This document shows, piece after piece, positions 9,864 through 18,233 of a DNA stretch of 64,000 nt. The notes under the pieces were generated by a model that worked only from the letters and a program-made list of their open reading frames with translations, did no database searches and had not been told where the DNA came from. This DNA is from Clostridia bacterium. GTDB lineage: Bacteria > Bacillota > Clostridia > Oscillospirales > CAG-272. Each line of letters opens with the position of its first letter. Positions within the stretch are counted from its first letter, which is position 1. A program made the position numbers and the translations under genes. The stretch spans positions 10,035 through 74,034 of the forward strand of contig JAFVQU010000011.1 in assembly GCA_017504625.1 (NCBI GenBank), written 5' to 3'.

Positions 9864-10436
9864 ATGAACAACAATGATCGCCGTTGCTCGCGTTGCGGCT
9901 CCGTTATGGTGCAGACGGGATCGGAGCATCAGAAGGTGGCTTATAGCTGCAAATGTTGCGGATATAAGGAATACGTTACGATGGCGAGCGACGATAATTC
10001 TGCGTATTGGGAGAAGAGAAGCGAGCTTTTGGGCAGAGTAAGAAAGGGAGTAATTGACTGGAAGGTAACGCAGTGGCAGTATCTTCGCGACGATATTCTC
10101 AAGTTTACGGCAAGCTATGAGGCGGCGCGTAAGGATATCTACTTCATGATGGGAATTATCGCTTGTCTGACTAAGGGATTTCACGATATGAACTCCGATG
10201 AGTACAAGGAGTGTAAGCGTATTTTCAAGATCACCGAGAAGGTGTATAAGAAATATCGCAAGGATCCCTTGGCATCCGAGCATTTCGCAAGTGAGACCGG
10301 CTCTTCGGGAATCGTGGAATACGAGGATTACCGCAAGCTTTATAAGGCCTGTCGCAACGAGTACAGAAATACCAAGCTTGCATGGAAGGCAGTATTCTTT
10401 GTTGCAAAGAAGCTCGTTCCTATGCCCAAGCTTTGA
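9864..10436 (+). CDS. zinc-ribbon protein with helical C-terminal domain (190 aa), function unknown
   Basis: N-terminal CxxC-N18-CxxC (CSRCGS...CKCCG). RBS gagaaagaggtaatatATG. 22-nt gap from the upstream gene. Confidence 0.65.
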   Translation: MNNNDRRCSRCGSVMVQTGSEHQKVAYSCKCCGYKEYVTMASDDNSAYWEKRSELLGRVRKGVIDWKVTQWQYLRDDILKFTASYEAARKDIYFMMGIIACLTKGFHDMNSDEYKECKRIFKITEKVYKKYRKDPLASEHFASETGSSGIVEYEDYRKLYKACRNEYRNTKLAWKAVFFVAKKLVPMPKL

Positions 10437-10505
10437 TTTTGCTTGAAATTCGGGCTTCGAAGACGAATTTCCAAAATCAATAAGCATTAACGAATAATAC
10501 AAATG

Positions 10506-10547
10506 CTGAGCCAAATTACAGCTTAATGTGATTTGGCTCAGTTTTTT
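10506..10547 (+). terminator. intrinsic terminator after the zinc-ribbon gene
   Basis: 11-bp stem ctgagccaaat / atttggctcag followed by tttttt. Confidence 0.8.
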
Positions 10548-10617
10548 ATATATAATGTAGATAAATATCAATTATCAACGAATTTTGTGAATAATTTATT
10601 AATTTCGCAAAAAAGTA

Positions 10618-10646
10618 TTGACATTGCCTTGGAATTGTGATATAAT
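10618..10646 (+). promoter_or_regulatory. SigA-type promoter for tRNA-Lys
   Basis: TTGACA (10618-10623), 17-nt spacer, TATAAT (10641-10646). Confidence 0.75.
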
Positions 10647-10670
10647 CTATCCGTTGTCGTTAAGACACAT

Positions 10671-10746
10671 GCACCTTTAGCTCAGTTGGTAGAGCAACTG
10701 ACTCTTAATCAGTGGGTCCCGGGTTCGAGTCCCTGAAGGTGCACCA
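10671..10746 (+). tRNA. tRNA-Lys (anticodon CUU), CCA encoded
   Basis: 76 nt. Acceptor gcacctt/aaggtgc, D arm gctc/gagc, anticodon stem actga/tcagt with loop cTCTTAa (anticodon CTT). T arm ccggg-ttcgagt-ccctg has one C50:U64 mismatch. Confidence 0.9.
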
Positions 10747-10750
10747 AAAA

Positions 10751-10789
10751 TAAATAAAGGGTAGCATAGGCTACCCTTTATTTATTTTT
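10751..10789 (+). terminator. intrinsic terminator after tRNA-Lys
   Basis: Long stem taaataaagggtagc / gctaccctttattta with loop atag, then ttttt. Confidence 0.85.
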
Positions 10790-10799
10790 AGTCCATGTT

Positions 10800-11220
10800 T
10801 TATGACCGAACCCGCGCCAATCGCTTGCGATTGGTTTCCACGTGCGCTAAATGTTTTTCGATTTTAATTTGATGTTGGCGCACGTGAGGGTTCTGAGTCC
10901 CCGAAGTCCCACTGAATTATGCCTAGACCGCTAGGCAAGGCAACGCCTTGCCTATTCGATGCGCGCATAAAACCCTGTGCTTCACATATACTTCAGCGCG
11001 CATAAGGGTTCAGAGCTCCCTGAAGAACCTATTTAATGCTCCAAACCCGCCACCCTGCGAAGCAGCGGTGTCCGACGTGCGCTAAATGTTTTTCGATTTT
11101 AATTTGATGTTGGCGCACGTGAGGGTTCTGAGTCCCTGAAGCTACCACTAATTATTTCTAACCCGAGCCAACCGCAAGGGATTAACTTCGACGTGCGTTA
11201 AAAACAACTTGCTTTTTTGA
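10800..11220. repeat. tandem array of ~117-bp structured units (3 full + 1 truncated), each ending in a tRNA T-arm-like module
   Basis: 10839-10906 and 11075-11141 are near-identical (period 235). The intervening unit 10958-11025 keeps the same architecture with a different 8-9 bp stem (atgcgcgc/gcgcgcat versus cacgtgcgc/gcgcacgtg). All full units end with AGGGTTC(T/A)GAG(T/CT)CCC(C/T)GAAG. Confidence 0.8.
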
Positions 11221-11242
11221 TATTTATTTTAAATATTATACA

Positions 11243-11271
11243 TTGACACCAAAAAAATCCTATGCTATAAT
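11243..11271 (+). promoter_or_regulatory. SigA-type promoter
   Basis: TTGACA, 17-nt spacer, TATAAT; 30 nt upstream of the glycoside hydrolase start. Confidence 0.7.
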
Positions 11272-11300
11272 TAGAAAAACTAATTTTATTGGAGGTTATT

Positions 11301-12590
11301 ATGAAAATAAATCTTCCAAGAATAAGCCAAGAAGATTTTGATTACGCGATAGAATGTCTTGAGGTCTGCAAAAAGCTCGATGCAAAAAATTACGGCTTTA
11401 ACTACCCTTACTTTGCGCCGGGCGGAATGTACGGCTCGCAGTGGTGGCAGCTCGATTCCTCGCTTGCACTTTGCGGATATAAATGGGTCGACAAGGACAT
11501 GGTTGAAGCCTCGCTCCTTAATTTTGTCGAGGTTCAAAAGGAGGACGGGCGCATCTGCCTTTACGGAGCAGACGTTTTACCAAATCAGGTCGCGGGCGGT
11601 AATTTCCCCCTGCAAAACGAGGGCGTTTCGTCGCTTCCAAAGCTTTTTGATTCAGCGTATCAGGTGATAAAGGGAAGTTCTGACCAAGAGCTTAAGGAAA
11701 AGGTCTATATTCTACTCAAAAGATACCTTGATTGGTGGTTTTCGGCGCGTCAGGATGAGAAAACAGGACTTATAACCGCAGTTTTTGAGGAAGCCTTTAT
11801 TCCTTATCTTCGCTATGCGGGCGAGTATGCTGCTGTCGACACCAACGTTGAGGTTGCGGTCGGATGTCACGTAGTCGAGCTTTTGGCAAGAGAGCTTGGA
11901 TATGAGGACGACGCAAAGCTTGCGGCAGAGAGATTTGAAGGTTTGAAGGAAGCGATAAATAACTACCTTTGGAACGACGAGGTCTGCGCATATTTTGCGT
12001 ATTTCGTCAAGGAGGGAAGACAGGACGACAGGCTTATGGCATCAACCTTTTACCCGTTGCGCCTGAAAATCGCGCCTTTTGAGCGACAGAGGAGGCTTAT
12101 TTCGCTTATGACAGACGACGAGCACTTTAACTGGGATACGATACCGCTTACCTCGCTCTCAAAGCTTGACGAGAGATTTATCACGACACGCGGCGGATAT
12201 AAGGGCAACGCGAGCTGGAGTGGAAACGTCTGGACGCTTTGTAACGAGATGGTCATACGCGGACTTATTGATTGCGGTGAGGACGCGCTTGCAGCATCTC
12301 TTGCGCTCAAAACGGTGCGCGCCTTCAACCATAACTGCGCCGAGTTTATAAATCCCTTTGACGGTAGTGGTCACGGCGTAATACAGTACGCGTGGACAGC
12401 GTCGCAGTATCTTGAGCTTTTGATCGACGTGATTTTCGGCGTGAAATATACACTTGACGGCGAGCTGACAGTCACGCCTCACCTTGCAGACGAGCTTTTG
12501 TGTGAAAAGCTTTCGCTTGAGGATATAAAGTTGCCCGATGGCTCGAAAAGAAGCATATATATTGATCACGGAGAGGTCAGCTTCCAATAA
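11301..12590 (+). CDS. (alpha/alpha)6-barrel glycoside hydrolase, GH63/GH37 (MGH1/trehalase)-like
   Basis: GGAGG at 11291-11295, then ATG at 11301 (the track TTG at 11289 is unlikely). Motifs QWWQLDSS, YLDWWF, NASWSGNVWTLCNEMVIRGL are typical of that fold as I remember it. Confidence 0.6.
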   Translation: MKINLPRISQEDFDYAIECLEVCKKLDAKNYGFNYPYFAPGGMYGSQWWQLDSSLALCGYKWVDKDMVEASLLNFVEVQKEDGRICLYGADVLPNQVAGGNFPLQNEGVSSLPKLFDSAYQVIKGSSDQELKEKVYILLKRYLDWWFSARQDEKTGLITAVFEEAFIPYLRYAGEYAAVDTNVEVAVGCHVVELLARELGYEDDAKLAAERFEGLKEAINNYLWNDEVCAYFAYFVKEGRQDDRLMASTFYPLRLKIAPFERQRRLISLMTDDEHFNWDTIPLTSLSKLDERFITTRGGYKGNASWSGNVWTLCNEMVIRGLIDCGEDALAASLALKTVRAFNHNCAEFINPFDGSGHGVIQYAWTASQYLELLIDVIFGVKYTLDGELTVTPHLADELLCEKLSLEDIKLPDGSKRSIYIDHGEVSFQ

Positions 12591-12597
12591 TTGTGCT

Positions 12598-12626
12598 TTG
12601 ACTGCCTCTTCCAAATATGTTATACT
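12598..12626 (+). promoter_or_regulatory. SigA-type promoter
   Basis: TTGACT, 17-nt spacer, TATACT. Confidence 0.6.
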
Positions 12627-12684
12627 GTATATGATAATGATAGGCTTTGTCATTATTAGCAGTTAAATATAAGGAGGAGAAAAA

Positions 12685-13293
12685 ATGAAAAAACTGTTAT
12701 TGTTTGCATCATTCTTAGTGTTGACTGCTTCGTTATTTATGGTAGGAGCGTCTGCCGCTACTACGCACACCGTAGTGCGCGGTGACAGTATGTGGAGGAT
12801 CGCAGTAAAATACGAGGTCGGACTTTCCGAGATCAAGAGCGCAAATCCGCATATAAAAAACCCCGACCTTATATATCCCGGTCAGATACTTAATATTCCA
12901 ACGGTCGATAGCTCGGTCACAAACTTTGAAAAGGAAGTTGTGCGCCTCGTCAACGTAGAGAGAAGTAAAAGAGGACTTAGCGCGCTTACACACGATTGGG
13001 AGCTATCTCGCGTGGCAAGAATAAAGTCGCAGGATATGCACGATAGCCGCTATTTTTCACATACAAGTCCCACCTACGGCTCGCCCTTTGATATGATGAA
13101 GAGCTTTGGTATAAAATACAGAAGCGCAGGTGAGAATATCGCACGAGGTCAGGCAACGCCCGCGGCGGTCGTCAGCGCGTGGATGAATTCTTCGGGACAC
13201 CGAGCGAATATATTAAATTCTTCCTTTACGCATATCGGCGTGGGCTACGTTGCCGACGGAAAATACTGGACGCAGATGTTTATAGGTAGATAA
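12685..13293 (+). CDS. secreted LysM + CAP/SCP (YkwD-like) domain protein
   Basis: Signal peptide. LysM (HTVVRGDSMWRIAVKYEVGLSEIKSANP...GQILNIP). CAP domain (LVNVERSKRGL..., FSHTSPTYGSPFDM, AGENIARG, WMNSSGHRANIL). Confidence 0.9.
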   Translation: MKKLLLFASFLVLTASLFMVGASAATTHTVVRGDSMWRIAVKYEVGLSEIKSANPHIKNPDLIYPGQILNIPTVDSSVTNFEKEVVRLVNVERSKRGLSALTHDWELSRVARIKSQDMHDSRYFSHTSPTYGSPFDMMKSFGIKYRSAGENIARGQATPAAVVSAWMNSSGHRANILNSSFTHIGVGYVADGKYWTQMFIGR

Positions 13294-13300
13294 ATAAAAA

Positions 13301-13355
13301 AATCCAATGTAAATTTAGAAAATTTGTTCTATTTCTATTTACATTGGATTTTTTA
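13301..13355 (+). terminator. long-loop hairpin / terminator after the LysM-CAP gene
   Basis: 14-bp stem aatccaatgtaaat / atttacattggatt with a 22-nt loop and a T-run. The 3' arm overlaps the -35 of the next promoter. Confidence 0.55.
13317..13330. promoter_or_regulatory. weak LexA/DinR-like box (AGAAAATTTGTTCT)
   Basis: 10 of 14 matches to CGAACATATGTTCG. The right half GTTC is intact; the left half is GAAA. It sits 8 nt upstream of the -35 of the Y-family polymerase promoter. Confidence 0.25.
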
Positions 13356-13366
13356 TGTGGTATAAT
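13338..13366 (+). promoter_or_regulatory. SigA-type promoter of the polymerase/YolD pair
   Basis: TTTACA, 17-nt spacer, TGgTATAAT (extended -10). Confidence 0.65.
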
Positions 13367-13398
13367 AGTAGTAATAAAGGCTGAAAGGGGGAGAAGAT

Positions 13399-14910
13399 AT
13401 GGAAAAGACCTATATTGCGATAGATTTAAAGTCGTTTTACGCGTCGGTCGAGTGTATCGAGCGCGGACTTGATCCGATGACGACCAATCTCGTCGTTGCG
13501 GATATCGGCAGAACAGAGAAAACTATCGGTCTTGCGGTTTCTCCCTCGCTCAAATCCTTTGGTATTCCCGGACGTCCGCGACTTTTTGAGGTTGTTGAGA
13601 AAATAAAGAACGTCAATGCCGAAAGAAAGTACAGATCGCCGCAAAGGAGGCTTATTGGCTCGTCTTACAATATAAACGAGATAAACGCCAACCCAAACCT
13701 TGCCGTCGATTACATCGTCGCGCCGCCGCGGATGGCGTACTATATGGATTACAGCACGCGCATATACGACGTTTATCTCAAATACATCGCGCACGAGGAT
13801 ATCCATCCGTATTCTATAGACGAGGTCTTTATCGACGCGACGCAGTACTTGAAGCTTTATAATATGACGGCGCGAGAGCTTACCATGAAGATAATTCTTG
13901 ACGTGCTTAAGACCACGGGCATAACCGCGACGGCGGGCATCGGAACAAATCTTTACCTTTGCAAGATCGCTATGGATATCGTGGCAAAGCACATTCCCGC
14001 CGACGAAAACGGCGTGCGCATCGCAGAGCTCGACGAGATGAGCTACCGCGAAAGGCTATGGGATCACCGCCCGTTGACAGATTTCTGGCGCGTGGGACAG
14101 GGGTATGCCAAAAAGCTTGAGGCGATCGGCATACACACGATGGGAGATATCGCGCGATGCTCGATAGGCGGCGAGCGCGAGTTTTATAACGAGGAAAGGC
14201 TTTATAAAATGTTCGGTGTCAACGCCGAGCTGCTTATAGATCACGCGTGGGGATACGAGCCTTGCACGATGGCGGACATCAAGGCGTATAAGCCTGAAAC
14301 CAACAGTATTTCGTCAGGTCAGGTGCTTCACGTTCCGTATACGGCGGAAAAGGCAAAGCTCATCGTCCGTGAAATGACCGACGCGCTTGTGCTTGACCTC
14401 GTGGAAAAGCATCTTGTGACAGATCAGATCGTCCTGACGGTCGGCTACGACATAGACAACCTCAAGGGAGAGCGCAGAGCCGATTACAAGGGCGAGATAA
14501 AGGTAGACCGCTATGGGCGAGAGATCCCCAAGCACGCGCACGGCACGGGAAATATCGGAAAATACACCTCGTCAACAAAAGAGATAATGAATACGGTCTG
14601 CGAGCTTTACGACCGCATTGTAGACAAAAAACTGCTTGTCCGTCGCATAAACGTGACCGCGTGCCGAGTGCTTACCGAAAAGGATGCAAAAGAGGCTCAA
14701 GGCGCAGAGCAGCTTGATATTTTCTCGATCCTCGATGCGAAAAAGGAGCAGGAGAGCGAGCAAGAGCTGAAAAAGGAAAAGAAAATTCAGGAAACTCTCA
14801 TTGATATAAAGAGAAAATTTGGCAAGAACGCTATCCTCAAGGGAATGAACCTTGAGGAAGGCGCGACGGCAAAGGATAGGAATTCACAAATAGGAGGGCA
14901 TAAGGCGTGA
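13399..14910 (+). CDS. Y-family DNA polymerase (UmuC/ImpB/UvrX-like)
   Basis: IAIDLKSFYASVECIERGLDP..., SIDEVFIDAT, GIGTNLYLCKIAMD: the canonical Y-family palm/finger motifs. Confidence 0.9.
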   Translation: MEKTYIAIDLKSFYASVECIERGLDPMTTNLVVADIGRTEKTIGLAVSPSLKSFGIPGRPRLFEVVEKIKNVNAERKYRSPQRRLIGSSYNINEINANPNLAVDYIVAPPRMAYYMDYSTRIYDVYLKYIAHEDIHPYSIDEVFIDATQYLKLYNMTARELTMKIILDVLKTTGITATAGIGTNLYLCKIAMDIVAKHIPADENGVRIAELDEMSYRERLWDHRPLTDFWRVGQGYAKKLEAIGIHTMGDIARCSIGGEREFYNEERLYKMFGVNAELLIDHAWGYEPCTMADIKAYKPETNSISSGQVLHVPYTAEKAKLIVREMTDALVLDLVEKHLVTDQIVLTVGYDIDNLKGERRADYKGEIKVDRYGREIPKHAHGTGNIGKYTSSTKEIMNTVCELYDRIVDKKLLVRRINVTACRVLTEKDAKEAQGAEQLDIFSILDAKKEQESEQELKKEKKIQETLIDIKRKFGKNAILKGMNLEEGATAKDRNSQIGGHKA

Positions 14911-15323
14911 GTGATGTTGGAAAATACGACGATATAATAAATCTCAGCCACCCGACCTCGAAAAAGCATCCAAGAATGCCGATCCGCGACCGTGCGGCTC
15001 AGTTTGCGCCCTTTGCCGCGCTTGTTGGCTACGACGATGCGGTTGAGGAAACCGCGAGAGTGACCGACGAGATGGTGGAGCAGAGCGAGGAGATGAAGGC
15101 GGTCATAGACGAAAAATTGAGATATTTGTCAGAGCGCATTGGCGAGATGCCAACGATTCTTGTGACCTATTTTTTGCCCGACGAAAAGAAAAGCGGCGGA
15201 GAATACAAGATTTTTGAAGGGCGCATCAAAAGGCTCGACGATTACGACGCTATGATGATATTCGAGTGCGGAAAGAAAATTCTGTACGACAAGATTTACT
15301 CGGTCGAGATCAAGGAAAAATGA
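14907..15323 (+). CDS. YolD-like protein (Y-family polymerase accessory)
   Basis: GTG start overlaps the polymerase stop by 4 nt. RMPIRDRAAQFAPFAALVGYDDAV and a C-terminal beta region are typical of the YolD family. The position downstream of the polymerase matches the B. subtilis uvrX-yolD and yqjW-yqzH arrangement. Confidence 0.8.
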   Translation: MSDVGKYDDIINLSHPTSKKHPRMPIRDRAAQFAPFAALVGYDDAVEETARVTDEMVEQSEEMKAVIDEKLRYLSERIGEMPTILVTYFLPDEKKSGGEYKIFEGRIKRLDDYDAMMIFECGKKILYDKIYSVEIKEK

Positions 15324-15356
15324 GATGAATTTACGATATAATGTTTTAAAAATACA

Positions 15357-15385
15357 TTGACATGGATATTCAAGTATGATAAAAT
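15357..15385 (+). promoter_or_regulatory. SigA-type promoter
   Basis: TTGACA, 17-nt spacer, TAAAAT. Confidence 0.6.
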
Positions 15386-15422
15386 AACAGCGTAAAATTC
15401 TATCTTTATGGAGGGTATGAAT

Positions 15423-16472
15423 ATGAGCACCGATAAAAACACCGTGAAGATTGCTTTTTTTTCAGATCTGCACTATAAAAAGGGAATGTACGCCTCGACT
15501 GTTGAGGACCTTGATAAAATAATCGAGCGTGCGCACGATAATGACGTAGATTTTATTATGCACGGCGGAGATTTTTGTAACGATTACAGCGATGCGCCCG
15601 AAATGGTTAATAGGCTTGTCAACAACAAGTACGGATATAAATTCTACGGCGTTTACGGTAACCACGAGCTCGAGGGTCCGAACTCTATGCAGGACGTCAC
15701 GCCTCTTATCACTAACGACAAAGGCGTTATCTGGGGCACTGACGACGGCAGATTTGATCCCTACACGGCGTATTATTATTTTGAATGCAAGGGTATAAGA
15801 TTTGTCTGCCTTGACACGAACTATTCCTTCAACCCCACTCTTAACGAATATGAGCACAACCGTGCGTGTAGCTACGGCCCTCCCGCAGGCAACAGCGGCA
15901 CGAACAGCCTCGGTCCCCGTCAGCTTGAATGGCTTGAAAAGGTACTTGTCGATGCGGCAGAGAAGGGTATCAAGTGCGTAGTGCTCAGCCACGCGGGATT
16001 TTCGTATAAGTTCGAGGCGCTTTGCTGTGAGCTTGAAAAGGTAAGAGCGCTTTTCGACAAGGTCAATTCGATAAGAAAAGGCACCGTTGTCGCATCGCTC
16101 AACGGCCATTGGCACGCAAACTGTCACGAATTTTCAAACGATATTCTTTTCTTTAACTTCAACACGGTGAGAAACATATGTTGGCTTCCCGCACAAAATC
16201 CACACTACGTTGAGGGACATAATTTCAAATACACCGAGTACGATAAAGATGGTAATGCGACCGAAAGCTATATCCGTCCGCTATCTGACCTTTGGATGTC
16301 GCCGAATACCTGGTATTCTGAGGATCCGCTTAATGCGATCGTCACTATCGATACCGACGGAGGTATTGAGATAGAAGGCTGTGAGAGTAAATGGCTATAC
16401 GGCATTACTCCACCCGATAACGTAAATTCCTGCCGTGAGCCTAAGATTACAAGCGGTAAATGGAAGGTATAA
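15423..16472 (+). CDS. calcineurin-like metallophosphoesterase
   Basis: GGAGGG at 15410-15415, then ATG at 15423. Motifs FFSDLHY, HGGDFCND, GNHE, LSHAG, GHWH. Confidence 0.85.
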   Translation: MSTDKNTVKIAFFSDLHYKKGMYASTVEDLDKIIERAHDNDVDFIMHGGDFCNDYSDAPEMVNRLVNNKYGYKFYGVYGNHELEGPNSMQDVTPLITNDKGVIWGTDDGRFDPYTAYYYFECKGIRFVCLDTNYSFNPTLNEYEHNRACSYGPPAGNSGTNSLGPRQLEWLEKVLVDAAEKGIKCVVLSHAGFSYKFEALCCELEKVRALFDKVNSIRKGTVVASLNGHWHANCHEFSNDILFFNFNTVRNICWLPAQNPHYVEGHNFKYTEYDKDGNATESYIRPLSDLWMSPNTWYSEDPLNAIVTIDTDGGIEIEGCESKWLYGITPPDNVNSCREPKITSGKWKV

Positions 16473-16499
16473 AATAAATCATTACATAAGGAGAAAAAT

Positions 16500-16754
16500 A
16501 TGAAAAAATTAATTGCGCTAATAATGATCGCTTGTCTTTTGTCGGCGCTTGTCGGATGCGGAAACAAGGACATATTTGATACGGTCTATACCTTCGATTA
16601 CGCGATAATGTCGCTTCCTAACGGCGAGGTCAAGACAGTTGAAATCGAAAAATGGACAGATTACGACGAGGGCGATCAGATACAGATAATCGCTAAGGAC
16701 GGAACCGTCTACCTTGTGCACGCCACCGATTGCGTGCTTGTAAAGAAGCCTTAA
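16500..16754 (+). CDS. small lipoprotein, unknown function
   Basis: Lipobox LSALVGCGN. RBS aaggagaaaaatATG. Confidence 0.7.
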   Translation: MKKLIALIMIACLLSALVGCGNKDIFDTVYTFDYAIMSLPNGEVKTVEIEKWTDYDEGDQIQIIAKDGTVYLVHATDCVLVKKP

Positions 16755-16756
16755 AC

Positions 16757-16792
16757 AAAAAAATGCTTGTGCGAAAGCACAAGCATTTTTTT
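16757..16792. terminator. bidirectional intrinsic terminator between convergent genes
   Basis: aaaaaaatgcttgtgc-gaaa-gcacaagcattttttt. Confidence 0.85.
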
Positions 16793-16793
16793 A

Positions 16794-18233
16794 TCAACAC
16801 TGCTTCATAAGTCTGATATAGAACTCAACGGCGCGGTTGGCGCAGTCGATTCTGATACGCTCGTTGTTGCCGTGGATTGTTGCGCGCTCCTCGCTCGTCA
16901 GATCCATAGCAGAGAAGCGGTAAACGCGGTCGGAAATTCTCCCCCAGTGGCACGAATCCGAGCATTGAACCATGAGGTAGGGAGATACGAGCGCGCCCTT
17001 CCAGGTCGATGCCACCGACTTGCTGATCTTATCCCAACCCTCGCTCTCGGTGGTCGAGATGCGGCTCGGATTAGCTCCGTAAATGAGCGAAAGCTCAACC
17101 TTGTCGTCACCGATCGTCTTTTTGAGATACTCAAGAGCCGAGTCAATATCGTCATCGGGATTGAGTCGCATATTCGATACCATGCTTGCCTCGGGGGGAA
17201 TTACGTTTGGCGCCGACGAGCCCTGCATCTGAGTAAAGGCAACGGTCGTGCGCAAAAGCGCGTTCATATCGCCGCCACTCTTTCTGCTAAGCATATCAAG
17301 CACGGGAAGAAATATCTTTATGTTTGCAAAAATTACTCTGTAAAGGAAGCTTGAGTGACGACCGAGCGTGTCGAACATCTCGGCAACGGGAGGCGTGATA
17401 TGTACCTTAAAGGGATGCTCGATAAGCTTGATGCAGGCTCTTGAAAGACGGTCAACAGGCGCACCCGGCTTGGGAGCAGATGCGTGACCTCCGCCTGACC
17501 TGACGGTGTATTGCACGTCCATCATGCCCTTTTCAGCGATACCGATAAGACCGCAGGGAGCTTTGACACCGGGGAACACGTTTTCAACCACCGCGCCGCC
17601 CTCGTCGATAACAAAGGAGGGAGTGATATTGTTTTCCTCAAAATAGTCAACGATATTCGACGCGCCCTGTCCGTGTATCTCCTCACCGCCCGAGAAGGCA
17701 AAATAAATGTCATGCTCAGGGGTAAAGCCTTCACCGATAAGGTGATCCGCCGCCGAAAGAACGCCGTTGAAGGTGACCTTCGTATCAAGCGTTCCGCGTC
17801 CCCAGACGCAACCGTCCTTGACGATCGCCTCAAACGCGGGCACGTCCCACGCGTCCTCATTTACGGGAACGACGTCGTAGTGAGCCATCATAACGGCGAC
17901 CTCACCCTCGCTCTTGCCTTTCCAACGGAAGAGAAGCGCGCGGTCGGGAAGCTGAGTAAACTCGCATTTGGCGAACACGTTGGGATAAAGCGACGGAAGT
18001 GACGCGATGAGTCCCTCAAACTCGTCGTTATCCTCAAGAGAGCTATCTCTGTGCGAGATAGTCTTGAATTTTATAAGCGCACGGAGATTTTCAATAGATT
18101 TTTCCTTGTCAAAGACTTCCTCACCCGGAAGAACCTCGGGCTGAGCCTTTGGCTTGAACGCGGCACCGCGAATGAGAATAACCGCGATAAAAACAACTAA
18201 AGCTGCGGGAAAAATAAGCCAGCACATACTCAA
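16794..18233 (-). CDS. M20/M25/M40 family metallopeptidase with N-terminal membrane anchor
   Basis: N-terminal TM helix. Motifs MAHYDVVPV, RGTLDTK, GGEEI, VIDEGG, GGHAS. Start is TTG at 18233 or ATG at 18227. Confidence 0.85.
   Translation of the reverse strand: MSMCWLIFPAALVVFIAVILIRGAAFKPKAQPEVLPGEEVFDKEKSIENLRALIKFKTISHRDSSLEDNDEFEGLIASLPSLYPNVFAKCEFTQLPDRALLFRWKGKSEGEVAVMMAHYDVVPVNEDAWDVPAFEAIVKDGCVWGRGTLDTKVTFNGVLSAADHLIGEGFTPEHDIYFAFSGGEEIHGQGASNIVDYFEENNITPSFVIDEGGAVVENVFPGVKAPCGLIGIAEKGMMDVQYTVRSGGGHASAPKPGAPVDRLSRACIKLIEHPFKVHITPPVAEMFDTLGRHSSFLYRVIFANIKIFLPVLDMLSRKSGGDMNALLRTTVAFTQMQGSSAPNVIPPEASMVSNMRLNPDDDIDSALEYLKKTIGDDKVELSLIYGANPSRISTTESEGWDKISKSVASTWKGALVSPYLMVQCSDSCHWGRISDRVYRFSAMDLTSEERATIHGNNERIRIDCANRAVEFYIRLMKQC

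Noticed and set aside
10800-11220. CRISPR array or tandem tRNA genes as an explanation for the repeats after tRNA-Lys. CRISPR was also considered for 53647-53834.
   Set aside because: The units are ~117 bp with internal structure, and there is no constant repeat / variable spacer organisation of CRISPR size. In the second array the conserved element is only 10 nt. No cas genes are present. None of the units folds into a complete cloverleaf, since there is no acceptor 5' strand or D-arm.
16767-17354. 195-aa plus-strand ORF after the small lipoprotein gene.
   Set aside because: It starts inside the bidirectional terminator and lies entirely antisense to the M20 peptidase gene, with no motifs.
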